This document shows, piece by piece, positions 1-11,313 of a stretch of DNA of 64,000 nt. Position 1 is the stretch's first letter; every line of letters begins with the position of its first letter. This DNA comes from Bdellovibrionota bacterium (GTDB lineage: Bacteria; Bdellovibrionota_C; UBA2361; OMIW01): positions 185,562 to 249,561 of the forward strand of contig JBIIHQ010000004.1 in the NCBI GenBank assembly GCA_044235645.1, written 5' to 3'. The notes under the pieces are model-generated. The model ran no database searches, had not been told where the DNA came from, and saw only the letters and a program-made list of their open reading frames with translations. A program made the translations under genes and the position numbers.

Positions 1-54
1 TTTGTTGATGAGAATGGTCTTTTCCGATGATGTTGGTGGTGGTCGCGCGCTCAT
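1..54 (-). CDS. 5' end of an unidentified CDS running off the left edge of the window (N-terminus MSARPPPTSSEKTILINK...)
   Basis: Open minus-strand frame from an ATG near position 54 to the window edge, immediately downstream of panD. A candidate for panC by operon logic, but the 18 residues visible are not diagnostic. Confidence 0.2.
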   Translation of the reverse strand, partial: MSARPPPTSSEKTILINK

Positions 55-116
55 TGGAGTCTCGGTTTTGATGGTACTGAGCAGCGGCGAATACCGGTTA
101 AAGTTTTCGGGCAGAG

Positions 117-506
117 CTACCTGGTTAAGGGCGGAAACTGCTCAGCTCGAATCTCTTTTATCCGATTGTACTCGTCGACAAAAATGACTTTTGGTTGGTG
201 TTGTCTGGCAAATTCCTCGGGGATTATACAGAAGGCTGCGATGATAATCGTATCTTCTAATTCGACAAGATGAGCGGCCGCCCCATTAACTGAAATGTCA
301 TCGCGGCCCGGTGCGCCAGCGATTACATAGGTTTGGAAACGAGTACCACGAGTGACGTTCCAGACGTGGACCTCTTCATTCGGCAGCAAGTCAGTCGCCT
401 CAATAAGAGGAAGGGGGACGGCGATACTACCCTCATAGTGGATATCGGCGTGCGTGACGGTGGCACCATGTATTTTTGCCCGAAGCATTGAACGAAACAG
501 CGTCAT
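117..506 (-). CDS. panD: aspartate 1-decarboxylase
   Basis: 129-aa ORF. The N-terminus MLRAKIHGATVTHADIHYEGS matches the PanD pro-enzyme, including the self-cleavage region, and the length is typical. Confidence 0.9.
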   Translation of the reverse strand: MTLFRSMLRAKIHGATVTHADIHYEGSIAVPLPLIEATDLLPNEEVHVWNVTRGTRFQTYVIAGAPGRDDISVNGAAAHLVELEDTIIIAAFCIIPEEFARQHQPKVIFVDEYNRIKEIRAEQFPPLTR

Positions 507-594
507 ACGTCTTGATCCTCACCTCTTACCATCGTGCTCGGCATTTTTTGGACAGCCGAGGTGCGAGTTTGTGGCCTTCATTTGTTTGACAACG

Positions 595-1422
595 TCATCG
601 ATCACCATAAGAATGCTCTGGTCCTGGGAATTTCCCGGCGAGAACTTCATTGACGTAGCCAGCCACTGATTGTAGCACCGCCTCCTTCAAGTTTCCAAAC
701 TGCTTTACAAATTTCGGACTCTCTCGCAGTGATAGGCCTAGCATATCATGGGTGACAAGGATTTGCCCGCGACATGAGCTCCCTGCTCCGATACCGATAG
801 TCGGTATCGATACCTCTCTCGATATTTCAGCTCCAAGCTCGCTTGGTACCCCTTCGACCACAAGACAAAAGGCACCCGCTGACTCAACGGCACGAGCATC
901 AGCGAGAATCTGACTGCGAGTGCGGGAGCGGAGGTTCTTCTCTCCCTCCTTACCCTTCCCCTGCACGCGGTATCCCCCCATCCGATTCACGGATTGGGGG
1001 GTTAGGCCGATGTGCCCCATCACCGGTATCTCTGCCCGCACAATAGCTCTGATAGTATCCGCGAAGGGTGCGCCTCCCTCCAGTTTTACCCCCCCCACGC
1101 CGCCTTCTTGCACGAGCCTCCCAGCATTTCTTACAGCCTCCTCGGTGGACACCTGATAGGATAGGAAGGGCATGTCTCCTACAACAAAGGCTCGCTGAAC
1201 GCCAGCAGTTACGCAGGCACAATGGTATACCATTTGATCCATCGTTACTGGGAGGGTGTTACCCTTGCCTTGCATCGGCGATGCGAGTGAATCGCCGACG
1301 AGGACCAGATCGATTCCCGCTTTATCGAGAAGGACCGCCATTGTAAAGTCATACGCAGTGAGGCAGGTGATGGGCCGGGGCGCATCAGCTAGCCATGGGG
1401 CGGTAATTCGGATGGGATGCAT
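595..1422 (-). CDS. panB: 3-methyl-2-oxobutanoate hydroxymethyltransferase (ketopantoate hydroxymethyltransferase)
   Basis: ITCLTAYDF...LVLVGDSLASPMQGKGNTLPVTMDQMVYH...GHIGLTPQS are classic PanB motifs. The ORF is open to 1479; the start at MHPIRI (1422) was chosen by alignment to the ~265-aa PanB length. Confidence 0.88.
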   Translation of the reverse strand: MHPIRITAPWLADAPRPITCLTAYDFTMAVLLDKAGIDLVLVGDSLASPMQGKGNTLPVTMDQMVYHCACVTAGVQRAFVVGDMPFLSYQVSTEEAVRNAGRLVQEGGVGGVKLEGGAPFADTIRAIVRAEIPVMGHIGLTPQSVNRMGGYRVQGKGKEGEKNLRSRTRSQILADARAVESAGAFCLVVEGVPSELGAEISREVSIPTIGIGAGSSCRGQILVTHDMLGLSLRESPKFVKQFGNLKEAVLQSVAGYVNEVLAGKFPGPEHSYGDR

Positions 1423-1640
1423 ATTCGAACTCGTCGATTCGGTGGTTTCCTTGTTCGACCGATGTGGGTGGTTTTCCATAATTTGTCATCCCAACGACAG
1501 TTATCGTACTCTTCACAACGAGGTCCGCGCTGTTTGCTCTTCACTCGGGTCGTCAGCTCGATGGGGGCTTCGGTCCATTTCGAGCGGACGAATTCCCAAA
1601 TCCTGGGGACCCTTCTCTCCGTTATCACAGGAAGTTTATC

Positions 1641-2741
1641 ATGGTTGACCGATCGACACACCCGCGCGACCTTTTCCCCTTCGGAAACCATCTTATCGTG
1701 GGGCTCTCAGGGACCTTTTTATCGGATGAGGACAAAAAGGTTTTGGAGAGCCTTCGCCCTGTTGGGGTGCTTTTGCTTGCGCGAAACTTTGTGTACGGCA
1801 AACCGTACGGCGATTGGATCGATTCACTTGACACTCTCTTGGCTGAGGTGAAGCGGTATGCGGGTCGCTCGCAGATGCTAGTCACCCTCGACCACGAGGG
1901 GGGGACTGTTGTGAGAACTCCCCATCCGATTACTCGATTCCCTCCTCCCTGTCTCCTCAGAGAGCAGTCCTACAATGTAGCGCGCGCGACCGGGAGGGAG
2001 CTGTGCTCTCTCGGCGTAAACGTCTCATGGGCTCCATTGGCAGATATTAACTCAAATCCTAACAACCCGATCATCGGAGTGAGAGCGCTGAGTTCGGATC
2101 CGGTTGAAGTGGCGACATTTGCGAGAGCTTATGCTCGGGGCCTTTCAGACGCGGGGGTGATTGGGTGCGCAAAGCACTTTCCGGGTCACGGGGATACCAG
2201 TACCGACTCTCATCTCGAGCTTCCAGTCCTCCCTACCTCCCGAGAGGTCCTCCTGCAGCGAGAGTTGGTACCGTTTCGAGCTCTGTGCGGGGATGGAATT
2301 CCTCTCGTCATGACGGCTCATGTTTTATTTCCGGCTGTTGACCCATCGGAGCCCGCAACCTTCTCGCGAACGCTCATTCATGACCTTTTGAGAGGCGAGC
2401 TCGGATACGATGGGGTGGTTGTCTCCGACGATCTTGAGATGAGGGCTATCAGTCGCCGCATTGATGAGGAGGGAGCGGTCGTTGAACCATTCATCGCGGG
2501 GTGTGATCTCACGATTGTTGCCCGGTATCTGAGTCCCCGAATTGATCATCTTTTCTCGATGGCCCACGTATTTTCCGAGCGGGTTGATGAGGATGCTAAC
2601 TTTGCCGATCAGATCACAAGAGCTCGGCGGCGGATTGATAGTTTATTAATCAAGACTCCGATGCCGGCGGTAGAGGTGCTGGCTCCGGAGGTTCTTGAGA
2701 ATCACGCTCGACTTTCGATCGAGGTGGCGTTCGGTCGTTAG
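1641..2741 (+). CDS. nagZ: beta-N-acetylhexosaminidase, glycoside hydrolase family 3 (peptidoglycan recycling)
   Basis: Carries the GH3 NagZ signature KHFPGHGDTSTDSHLELP, together with LDHEGG and VVSDDLEM motifs. Length is 366 aa. Confidence 0.85.
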   Translation: MVDRSTHPRDLFPFGNHLIVGLSGTFLSDEDKKVLESLRPVGVLLLARNFVYGKPYGDWIDSLDTLLAEVKRYAGRSQMLVTLDHEGGTVVRTPHPITRFPPPCLLREQSYNVARATGRELCSLGVNVSWAPLADINSNPNNPIIGVRALSSDPVEVATFARAYARGLSDAGVIGCAKHFPGHGDTSTDSHLELPVLPTSREVLLQRELVPFRALCGDGIPLVMTAHVLFPAVDPSEPATFSRTLIHDLLRGELGYDGVVVSDDLEMRAISRRIDEEGAVVEPFIAGCDLTIVARYLSPRIDHLFSMAHVFSERVDEDANFADQITRARRRIDSLLIKTPMPAVEVLAPEVLENHARLSIEVAFGR

Positions 2742-2793
2742 GAGTGCCCGCTGACAATCGGTATCAAGAGGGCACCGCGGAAGAGAGGGGAAG

Positions 2794-3447
2794 GTGGTAG
2801 ACGGTGGCTTAGTGCAAGAGTTTTCCCGGCAAAAGCGGGAACGTTTGATGAAGCGGTTGGAGGCGGCATACCCTAATCCAAAATCCGAGCTGATCTTCTC
2901 AGATGATTACCAGCTTGTGGTGGCAGTAGTGCTGTCAGCCCAATGCACCGACAAGAAAGTCAACCAGGTGACTCCAACTCTCTTTGAGAGATATACTACC
3001 TTCTATTCACTGGCTTCAGGATCAGTCGCAGAGATTGAGGCCATTATTAGGCCGATCAATTACTATAGGACGAAGGCGCGTAATATTCGGGCCCTCGCAG
3101 AGCAAGTCGTTGAACATTGGGGAGGGCGGCTTCCTGCGGCAATTGATGACCTCCAGACTTTGCCCGGAGTGGGACGCAAGACGGCAAACGTGGTAGCGAG
3201 TGAGCGGGGAACCGAGGCTGGCCTTGCGGTGGATACACATGTGTTCCGGGTGTCTCGAAGGCTGGGTCTTGCTCGGGGAAAGGATGCAAGGGAAGTTGAA
3301 GAGGAGTTACGAAGGCAATTTCCGAAGAAGCGATGGCGAGATCTTCACCATAGTTTGATTCTTCACGGACGGGCGGTGTGCACTGCCCGGAATCCTCGGT
3401 GTAATGATTGTGTGCTTAGCTCTCTGTGCGCGTTTAATATGAGATAG
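2794..3447 (+). CDS. nth: endonuclease III (DNA glycosylase/AP lyase)
   Basis: HhH-GPD motif LPGVGRKTANVV and a C-terminal 4Fe-4S cluster loop CTARNPRCNDCVLSSLC. The N-terminus aligns with E. coli Nth. Confidence 0.9.
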   Translation: MVDGGLVQEFSRQKRERLMKRLEAAYPNPKSELIFSDDYQLVVAVVLSAQCTDKKVNQVTPTLFERYTTFYSLASGSVAEIEAIIRPINYYRTKARNIRALAEQVVEHWGGRLPAAIDDLQTLPGVGRKTANVVASERGTEAGLAVDTHVFRVSRRLGLARGKDAREVEEELRRQFPKKRWRDLHHSLILHGRAVCTARNPRCNDCVLSSLCAFNMR

Positions 3448-3471
3448 GTAGATCTTTTCAAGGGTCGATTT

Positions 3472-4209
3472 GTGGCAAGAATCAATTTTTTTCACCTTCT
3501 CCTGCATCCAAAAAAAAGTTTTTACGTTATTCCCCGGTTTGCGACGGCATTCTTAATTTTGTTGATGCTAGGACTATCGGGGTGCGGTTCCGGTCGTCAG
3601 AATGCCGATCGTCGGACAAATTTGCGAGTGATTAATGGAAATGCCCAGATAACTGCTATCGATGTCCTCCTAGATGGGCGATCTTTTCTAGAAAGTATGG
3701 GCTACCTCGAGAGCACTGGATACGTAAATGTCCGAAGTGGTCAGCGAGAGATTCGTGCACTGGTTTCGGGTACCCTGACGACGATAGGGGGCACGAGCTT
3801 CAATCTGAGCGACGGGAACGATCAAACCCTGCTTGTATTTGGTACCGCGGAAAATCCTCGAAGTAACCTTCTTCGGGATGATACTGACGGAGCGCCGAAA
3901 GGTTCAGTCAAGTTTCAGGTCATCAGAGTTGCCGAGGCTGCGCCACGTGCTGATGTGTACATTCTGGATTCGGGCAAGAGTGTGGAATCGGTGGGGCCGA
4001 CCGTGCGGAGCATTGGATTGGGAATAAATGGCGGATATTTTGAGGGATTACCGGGAACCTATACTGTATGGGTCACTGTCGCGAACTCCAAGGAGGTTTT
4101 AGCGGTTGAGCGAGATTTAGTATTCGAGGAGAGGGGATTGTATACGATACTGATTGCTGATGCTCCTGGCGGAGGCGAGCCGATCACGATAGTCCAATTA
4201 AAGGGCTAA
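3472..4209 (+). CDS. lipoprotein with repeated DUF4397-like beta domains
   Basis: Signal peptide with lipobox LLMLGLSGC. Repeated ~80-aa units resemble DUF4397. The ORF starts at a GTG. Confidence 0.55.
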   Translation: MARINFFHLLLHPKKSFYVIPRFATAFLILLMLGLSGCGSGRQNADRRTNLRVINGNAQITAIDVLLDGRSFLESMGYLESTGYVNVRSGQREIRALVSGTLTTIGGTSFNLSDGNDQTLLVFGTAENPRSNLLRDDTDGAPKGSVKFQVIRVAEAAPRADVYILDSGKSVESVGPTVRSIGLGINGGYFEGLPGTYTVWVTVANSKEVLAVERDLVFEERGLYTILIADAPGGGEPITIVQLKG

Positions 4210-4257
4210 ACAAAGAGGGAGTTCAGTCTCTCGTCGCTCATGCCCCCTCGAGTCCTT

Positions 4258-4620
4258 TTAGGGCTGCAATCGCATGTTTCGGATGATGTTCATGATCATT
4301 TCGTGAACATTCTTCATGAAGGTCTGGAATGCGGAGAGCGTTTCAAAAGATCTATTTACTCGTTGTTGCTGGGCATCAATCAGGCCTCGCAGATGCTCTT
4401 GCATAGTTCCTGGGCCGGCTTTTGGGGGAAGGTCCAACGCTTTCAGTGCATCATTAATCTGTTTGTCGCTCTTACCACCAGATGATAATCCATAGAGGGT
4501 CATCAGTTTTTCCTGCTCAGCTTGGGCTCGGCTGCCGACGGTTCTCGCGGCTTTTTCCGCATCGGAGGCACTAATTGAAGGAGATAAAAAACTAGTCAGG
4601 GAACTTGTTGCAATTTTCAT
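4258..4620 (-). CDS. hypothetical protein (120 aa, predicted helical)
   Basis: ORF only, with no recognisable domain. It is convergent with the lipoprotein gene. Confidence 0.4.
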   Translation of the reverse strand: MKIATSSLTSFLSPSISASDAEKAARTVGSRAQAEQEKLMTLYGLSSGGKSDKQINDALKALDLPPKAGPGTMQEHLRGLIDAQQQRVNRSFETLSAFQTFMKNVHEMIMNIIRNMRLQP

Positions 4621-4783
4621 AAATCAAATGTCCGCGTTAGTTAAAAAAAATACTCAGCCGCTGGAGGAGCTTGTTTATTCGCCTATCCTTCAGCAGAAGA
4701 TTTCGACGATCCCTGTATCGGATATTTGATGGGAAAGTTGCTTACAGGAGACTGTTGAGAAGAAATTTGTGGGAGATATAAGC

Positions 4784-5203
4784 TCAACCGATCCGCCGAA
4801 CTCGAACCTTTGCGACCCCAGCATGTCGCATACCTAGGCGAGCGGCCGCTCCCTCTGCCAAATCAAGATCTCTTCCTCGAATAAAAGGCCCTCGATCATT
4901 AATTCGTACCGTGACTGTTCTACCGGTTATTGGATAGGTAACTCGCAAGATGGATCCGAACGGGAGGGTTCGATGAGCTGCGGTCCATGCGTGACGGTTA
5001 AAAATCTCCCCGTTTGCGGTGGGATGGCCATGAAAAGCAGCGCCGTAATATGACGCACGCATGAAGCAGGATTCCCCAACTGCAGGGGAGGGAGACGTGA
5101 GCTGATCTCGTCTCTCGCGGATAAATGAGCATGAAGAGAGGCAAGCTATCCCCAAGAGCATGGTCATGACAAACAGACGTGGGTGTGCCAAATTGCTCAA
5201 CAT
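4784..5203 (-). CDS. rlpA: septal ring lytic transglycosylase RlpA-family lipoprotein (DPBB domain)
   Basis: Lipobox CLSSCS followed by the double-psi beta-barrel region ASYYGAAFHGHPTANGEIF...TVRINDRGPF. Confidence 0.8.
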   Translation of the reverse strand: MLSNLAHPRLFVMTMLLGIACLSSCSFIRERRDQLTSPSPAVGESCFMRASYYGAAFHGHPTANGEIFNRHAWTAAHRTLPFGSILRVTYPITGRTVTVRINDRGPFIRGRDLDLAEGAAARLGMRHAGVAKVRVRRIG

Positions 5204-6501
5204 CCTGAAAACATCAGATCCTCAGCGTCTGCGATTCGATTGCAGATGGTACCACCTAGTGCCGCAATTTTTTCCTCTAGTCGCTCGTATCCTCTGCGAA
5301 GGTGGTGTGGCTCACTGATAAAGGTGGACCCTTCTGCAGCCAAACCCGCGACCACAAGGCTGGCTGCTGCCCTAATGTCATGACCTTCGACTGCAGCACC
5401 ACTCAGTTTCGGCGTTCCAATAATTCTGGCGCAGCGATCAGATAGCTCAATGTGGGCTCCCAGTCGCCAAAGCTCGGCCACATGTCGGAATCGAGCCTCG
5501 TAGACCGTTTCTTCGACCGAGCTTTCTCCCTCGACGGTACAGAGAGCAGCTAGCAGGGGAGCCTGTAGATCCGTTGCAAGCTCTGGAAATGGCCCTGTGG
5601 TGACAGATACCCCTCTGAGGTCGCGCCGAGCATCAACGGTGAGCGAATTTTCGGCTCTCTCAATCTCACATCCCATCTCTGAAAAGATATCGAGTAGCTT
5701 ACCAACATGAGCAGGACGGACTCCATTCACGGTCACCTTACCTCGAGTGGCTACTCCGGCGCAGAGGTAGGTACCCGCTTCAATACGGTCCCCGATAAGG
5801 TTAAGGGAGGTGCCTGAAAGGTGCGGGGTACCTGAAATGAGAATTCGTGATGTTCCAACTCCCTCGATACTCGCCCCCATCCTGGTCAAAAGTTCGGCCA
5901 TCGACTCGATCTCTGGCTCCCTTGCAGCGCCCTCGATAATCGTTGTACCGGAGACCCGAGCTGCAACCATGAGGATCTGGTGCGTCGCACCAACAGATGG
6001 ATATCGAAACGTAATGTGAGCTGGACGCAGGCCGTGGGGTGCCGTAGCAAACACAACGCCATGTTTTAGTTCGATATTGGCACCCATTGCAGTGAGTGCT
6101 TCAAGGTGAATATCGACGGGTCGGGCACCGATGATGTCCCCCCCGGGAAGCGACACTTGGGCTTCGCCACAGCGAGCGAGGAGAGGACCAAGGATCCAAA
6201 ATGAGGCCCGGAGGGCCTTGATGAGGCTATGGCTCGCAGAGTGCCGCGAGAGTTCCTTCGTTTGAATAGTTACGGTTCCGCCGTCGAGACCAATTCGGTG
6301 CAGATCCATCTGTGACCCAAGAGCTTCGAGCAGTTGGCGGACGTGGGTTATGTCTTCGAGTGCTGGAACATTTGACAGTGTTACCGGTTCATCGGTTAAC
6401 AAGGTCGCCATCAGAAGGGGCAGAGCGGCGTTTTTTGCGCCTCCAGCGACTACCGATCCTTTGAGAGATCCACCTCCAACCACCTCGATACATTCGTACA
6501 T
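5197..6501 (-). CDS. murA: UDP-N-acetylglucosamine 1-carboxyvinyltransferase
   Basis: Full-length alignment to MurA (GAKNAALPLLMATLL...). The start at MYECIEV was chosen by alignment; the ORF is open to 6516. Confidence 0.9.
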   Translation of the reverse strand: MYECIEVVGGGSLKGSVVAGGAKNAALPLLMATLLTDEPVTLSNVPALEDITHVRQLLEALGSQMDLHRIGLDGGTVTIQTKELSRHSASHSLIKALRASFWILGPLLARCGEAQVSLPGGDIIGARPVDIHLEALTAMGANIELKHGVVFATAPHGLRPAHITFRYPSVGATHQILMVAARVSGTTIIEGAAREPEIESMAELLTRMGASIEGVGTSRILISGTPHLSGTSLNLIGDRIEAGTYLCAGVATRGKVTVNGVRPAHVGKLLDIFSEMGCEIERAENSLTVDARRDLRGVSVTTGPFPELATDLQAPLLAALCTVEGESSVEETVYEARFRHVAELWRLGAHIELSDRCARIIGTPKLSGAAVEGHDIRAAASLVVAGLAAEGSTFISEPHHLRRGYERLEEKIAALGGTICNRIADAEDLMFSGC

Positions 6502-6730
6502 AACGTTTTCTCGCAAATTCTTTTGTTATCTATGTCGTATCAATTCTCATCGAGGTTTAGTCGGAGTTTTGGTCGTGAAACGATAGCACAACGGGAGGAA
6601 GGTACAAACGAGAGGTAACAGTTTATGCGGTGGAGCGCTAAAGAACGAAAAAAGGGTCAAGAGAGCACGAGAACATCACGTGCCTTCTTACCCTTTTTCC
6701 CCCAGTATTAAACCGGACGTATAGGAGATG

Positions 6731-6769
6731 AAAAGACTCAGATGGGAACGGACTGCTAGCCCATCTGAG
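6731..6769 (-). terminator. rho-independent terminator downstream of groEL
   Basis: A 10-bp perfect stem CTCAGATGGG/CCCATCTGAG with a 13-nt loop, followed on the minus strand by a T-rich run (TCTTTT). It begins 10 nt after the groEL stop codon. Confidence 0.5.
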
Positions 6770-6777
6770 CTGTATTA

Positions 6778-8439
<1,662 letters not shown>

Positions 8440-8538
8440 TCAGAGATACGCTTTCTAGGGCTTCTCGAGCGTTTTAGTTCTGAAGTCGCTTAGTCCTGTC
8501 TGTCCCCCGTACCCGTTGGTCGGGATCGGCACAGAGGT

Positions 8539-8859
8539 CTAGGCTTGGAGAACGCCCAAAACATCATCTTCGCGCATGATGAGGAATTCTTCCCCTTCAA
8601 TCTTCACTGCAGTCCCTGAGTACTTACCGAACAGGATCTTGTCACCGGGGTTAAGGTCAAGAGGCTGTACGGTGCCGTCTTCCCGAACCTTACCCTTTCC
8701 GCGGGCAACAACTACTCCCTGCTGTGGCTTTTCTTTGGCGCTGTCGGGAATGAACAACCCGGAAGCGGTTTTTTCCTCGCCATCGAGCACCTTCACGATC
8801 AACCGGTCCTGTAACGGACGGATCTTTGCATCAAGCGTTCTGTCTGTTTTTTCGCTCAT
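8539..8859 (-). CDS. groS: co-chaperonin GroES (Cpn10)
   Basis: [11 protein letters not shown]...[27 protein letters not shown], located upstream of groEL. The ORF carries a ~10-aa N-terminal extension, so the start is uncertain. Confidence 0.92.
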   Translation of the reverse strand: MSEKTDRTLDAKIRPLQDRLIVKVLDGEEKTASGLFIPDSAKEKPQQGVVVARGKGKVREDGTVQPLDLNPGDKILFGKYSGTAVKIEGEEFLIMREDDVLGVLQA

Positions 8860-9335
8860 ACGACACTATCTCCTTTAAGTGATAACTCCTTCCTCGTGGT
8901 AATGCTCACTACCGAACCATCGTACCTTTCCATGGAGCTCCCGTGAGCAATTACAGCTCTGACGAGGACTAATGGCGGCTCAAGGCGTCACCCCCTTTTG
9001 GGAGGTGAATTGCGCCAACGATGAGTGGTTTGCTTGACCGATAGAGCTGCCGTTTGCCTATCCAGCGCTAGCTGTGCATCTCTCTCGGATGGGCCGACCT
9101 TTTACTACCAAACGGTATCCCCCGCAAACCCGACCCCTTAATGGACACCCGATCGGCGTAATTCAAGGGCAGGAGAGAATTTTTTTTCTGGTTGGGTGTC
9201 CAGGGGGGTGAATTGCCTCTCGGGGGCTGAACGATCAAGAATGGGGATGCTACAGGAGTGGCCAATGGGCACGGTGCCGGACAGCCGTGAAGACTATCAT
9301 GTGGTGCGACGGTGCCGACGGGCTAGGGTTGAGCT

Positions 9336-10409
9336 ATGTTAAACGAAAAACTACAGGCAGTTGAGGAGCGTTACGAGGAGATAGGACAGATGCTCTCTCA
9401 GCCCGATATTGTTTCCAACAGGGGCCTTTTTCAGAGGTACTCTCGGGAGCATAAAGAGCTGACGGAGATTGTGGCAACCTTTCGGGCGTTTAAGAAGGTG
9501 CTTGATGAAATTCGAGGAAGCAAGGAGCTTGTCGAACGAGAAAGCGATAAGGAGCTCGCAGCCCTTGCCGAGGAGGAGTTGGCACTGCTCCAGCAGGAGT
9601 CAGAAAAGCTCGAGGAGCAGCTCCAGTATCTCTTGCTTCCGAAAGACCCGAATGATGCCAAGAATGTTATTCTCGAGATCCGGGCAGGGGCCGGTGGGGA
9701 CGAGGCAGGTCTCTTTGCGGGTGAGCTCTTTCGATCGTATACCCGATATGCTGAGGCTCGACATTGGCGGGTTGAGTTAATGGGGGTGAGTGCGGCGGCC
9801 GTCGGCGGGTTCAAGGAGGTCATTGCGATGATTACGGGAGATGGGGCCTTTAGCCGATTTAAGTTTGAGCGGGGGGTGCATCGCGTTCAGCGTGTACCCG
9901 CAACCGAGGCGCAAGGGCGCGTACACACGAGTACCGTGACGGTAGCGGTCCTGCCAGAGGCAGAAGACGTCGAGGTAGAGCTACAGGAAAAGGATCTCCG
10001 AATCGACGTTTACCGGTCGAGTGGTCCAGGTGGCCAAAGTGTCAATACCACCGACTCGGCGGTTAGAATTACCCATGTCCCGACCGGCATAGTTGTAGCG
10101 ATGCAGGATGAGAAGTCGCAACTCAAAAATAAGGAGAAGGCGCTGCGAGTACTCAAGGCGAGGTTGCTTGAACAAAAACAGGCGGAGGCAGATGCAGAGA
10201 GGCGAGCCGACCGGCGAAGTCAGGTAGGGGCCGGGGATCGATCCGAAAAGATCCGGACATATAATTTCCCTCAGTCTCGGGTCACTGACCACCGGATCAA
10301 TCTCTCGGTTTATGCGCTCGACCAAGTCATGGAGGGAGATTTGGATCAATTGATAGACCCCCTCATCGCGGCGGCCCGCGCGGAAGCTTTACAGCGTGGC
10401 GATGCGTAG
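9336..10409 (+). CDS. prfA: peptide chain release factor 1
   Basis: GGQ motif (SGPGGQSVNTTDSAVRITHVPTG) and the RF1-specific PxT region. Confidence 0.95.
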   Translation: MLNEKLQAVEERYEEIGQMLSQPDIVSNRGLFQRYSREHKELTEIVATFRAFKKVLDEIRGSKELVERESDKELAALAEEELALLQQESEKLEEQLQYLLLPKDPNDAKNVILEIRAGAGGDEAGLFAGELFRSYTRYAEARHWRVELMGVSAAAVGGFKEVIAMITGDGAFSRFKFERGVHRVQRVPATEAQGRVHTSTVTVAVLPEAEDVEVELQEKDLRIDVYRSSGPGGQSVNTTDSAVRITHVPTGIVVAMQDEKSQLKNKEKALRVLKARLLEQKQAEADAERRADRRSQVGAGDRSEKIRTYNFPQSRVTDHRINLSVYALDQVMEGDLDQLIDPLIAAARAEALQRGDA

Positions 10410-11313
10410 CGGTGGTTCGATAGCGGGCCTGCTCGAGGAGGCAAGGCGCCAGCTGTGCACGACGAGTGAAACCCCGCAGCTTGATGCTGAAGTGTTATTG
10501 AGTTTTGTGCTGGGGTGCTCGCGACTGCATCTGGTCGTCCATCACGCGACCGAAGTTGAGGTTGATTTCATAGTCCGATTTCAGGAGCTCGTTCACCGTA
10601 GAGTCCGATTTGAGCCTGTTGCTTATCTCACGGGAACCAAAGAGTTCTTCGGACTTTCATTTCGGGTGGCCCCTGATGTGCTTATCCCACGACCTGATAC
10701 CGAGGTGCTCGTTGAGGAAGCGGTACGGCTGTTGGTAGCCATGGATCGCAGAGCACACGCAGAGAAAAATGAACGTGGAGTGACACCGGAGGCTCTCCGG
10801 TTCCTCGATCTTGGAACGGGAAGCGGTTGTATCGCGATTTCGGTACAGCACGAGGTCGGTCGAAGGGGGGTGTCCGCCTCGGGATGTGGTATCGATAGGT
10901 GTCAAAGAGCATTGACGATTGCTGCTGAAAATGCGGAGTGTCTGGGCGTTCCTCTGGAACTTCGACATGGCTCGTGGTTTGAACCGTGCAAACCTTGGGA
11001 GGCGTACGACCTGATTCTTTCAAATCCCCCCTACATCAATAGGGTCGACAAAGAGCTGTCGCCAGAAACAGCGTACGAGCCACAACAAGCCCTTTTCGCC
11101 GACGAATGTGGGCTATCAGATATTCGGAATATTTTAGAGAGGGCACCCGCTTTCTTGAAGCCAGGGGGGAGTATCTTGATCGAGGTTGGAAGGGGGCAGG
11201 CCATTTCTGTGATAGAACGGTTCGCTCCAAGCGGTTTTAGTGGGCGAATCATCGCTGATCTGGCCGGAATTGAGAGAGTGGTAGTGTTTAAACGGTTAAC
11301 GGAGGAAATCTAA
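10396..11313 (+). CDS. prmC: release factor glutamine N5-methyltransferase
   Basis: Class I SAM methyltransferase with an NPPY motif (ILSNPPYIN) and LDLGTGSGCIAI. It is translationally overlapped with prfA. Confidence 0.88.
   Translation: MAMRSGGSIAGLLEEARRQLCTTSETPQLDAEVLLSFVLGCSRLHLVVHHATEVEVDFIVRFQELVHRRVRFEPVAYLTGTKEFFGLSFRVAPDVLIPRPDTEVLVEEAVRLLVAMDRRAHAEKNERGVTPEALRFLDLGTGSGCIAISVQHEVGRRGVSASGCGIDRCQRALTIAAENAECLGVPLELRHGSWFEPCKPWEAYDLILSNPPYINRVDKELSPETAYEPQQALFADECGLSDIRNILERAPAFLKPGGSILIEVGRGQAISVIERFAPSGFSGRIIADLAGIERVVVFKRLTEEI

Noticed and set aside
2-187. 61-aa plus-strand ORF at the left edge
   Set aside because: It overlaps the panD 3' end and the downstream minus-strand gene. 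The minus-strand reading is the more plausible one.
8860-9335. Search for a CIRCE/HrcA operator upstream of groES
   Set aside because: I found no TTAGCACTC-N9-GAGTGCTAA-like palindrome by eye, and I only record its absence. A sigma-32-type promoter cannot be assigned with confidence from the sequence alone.
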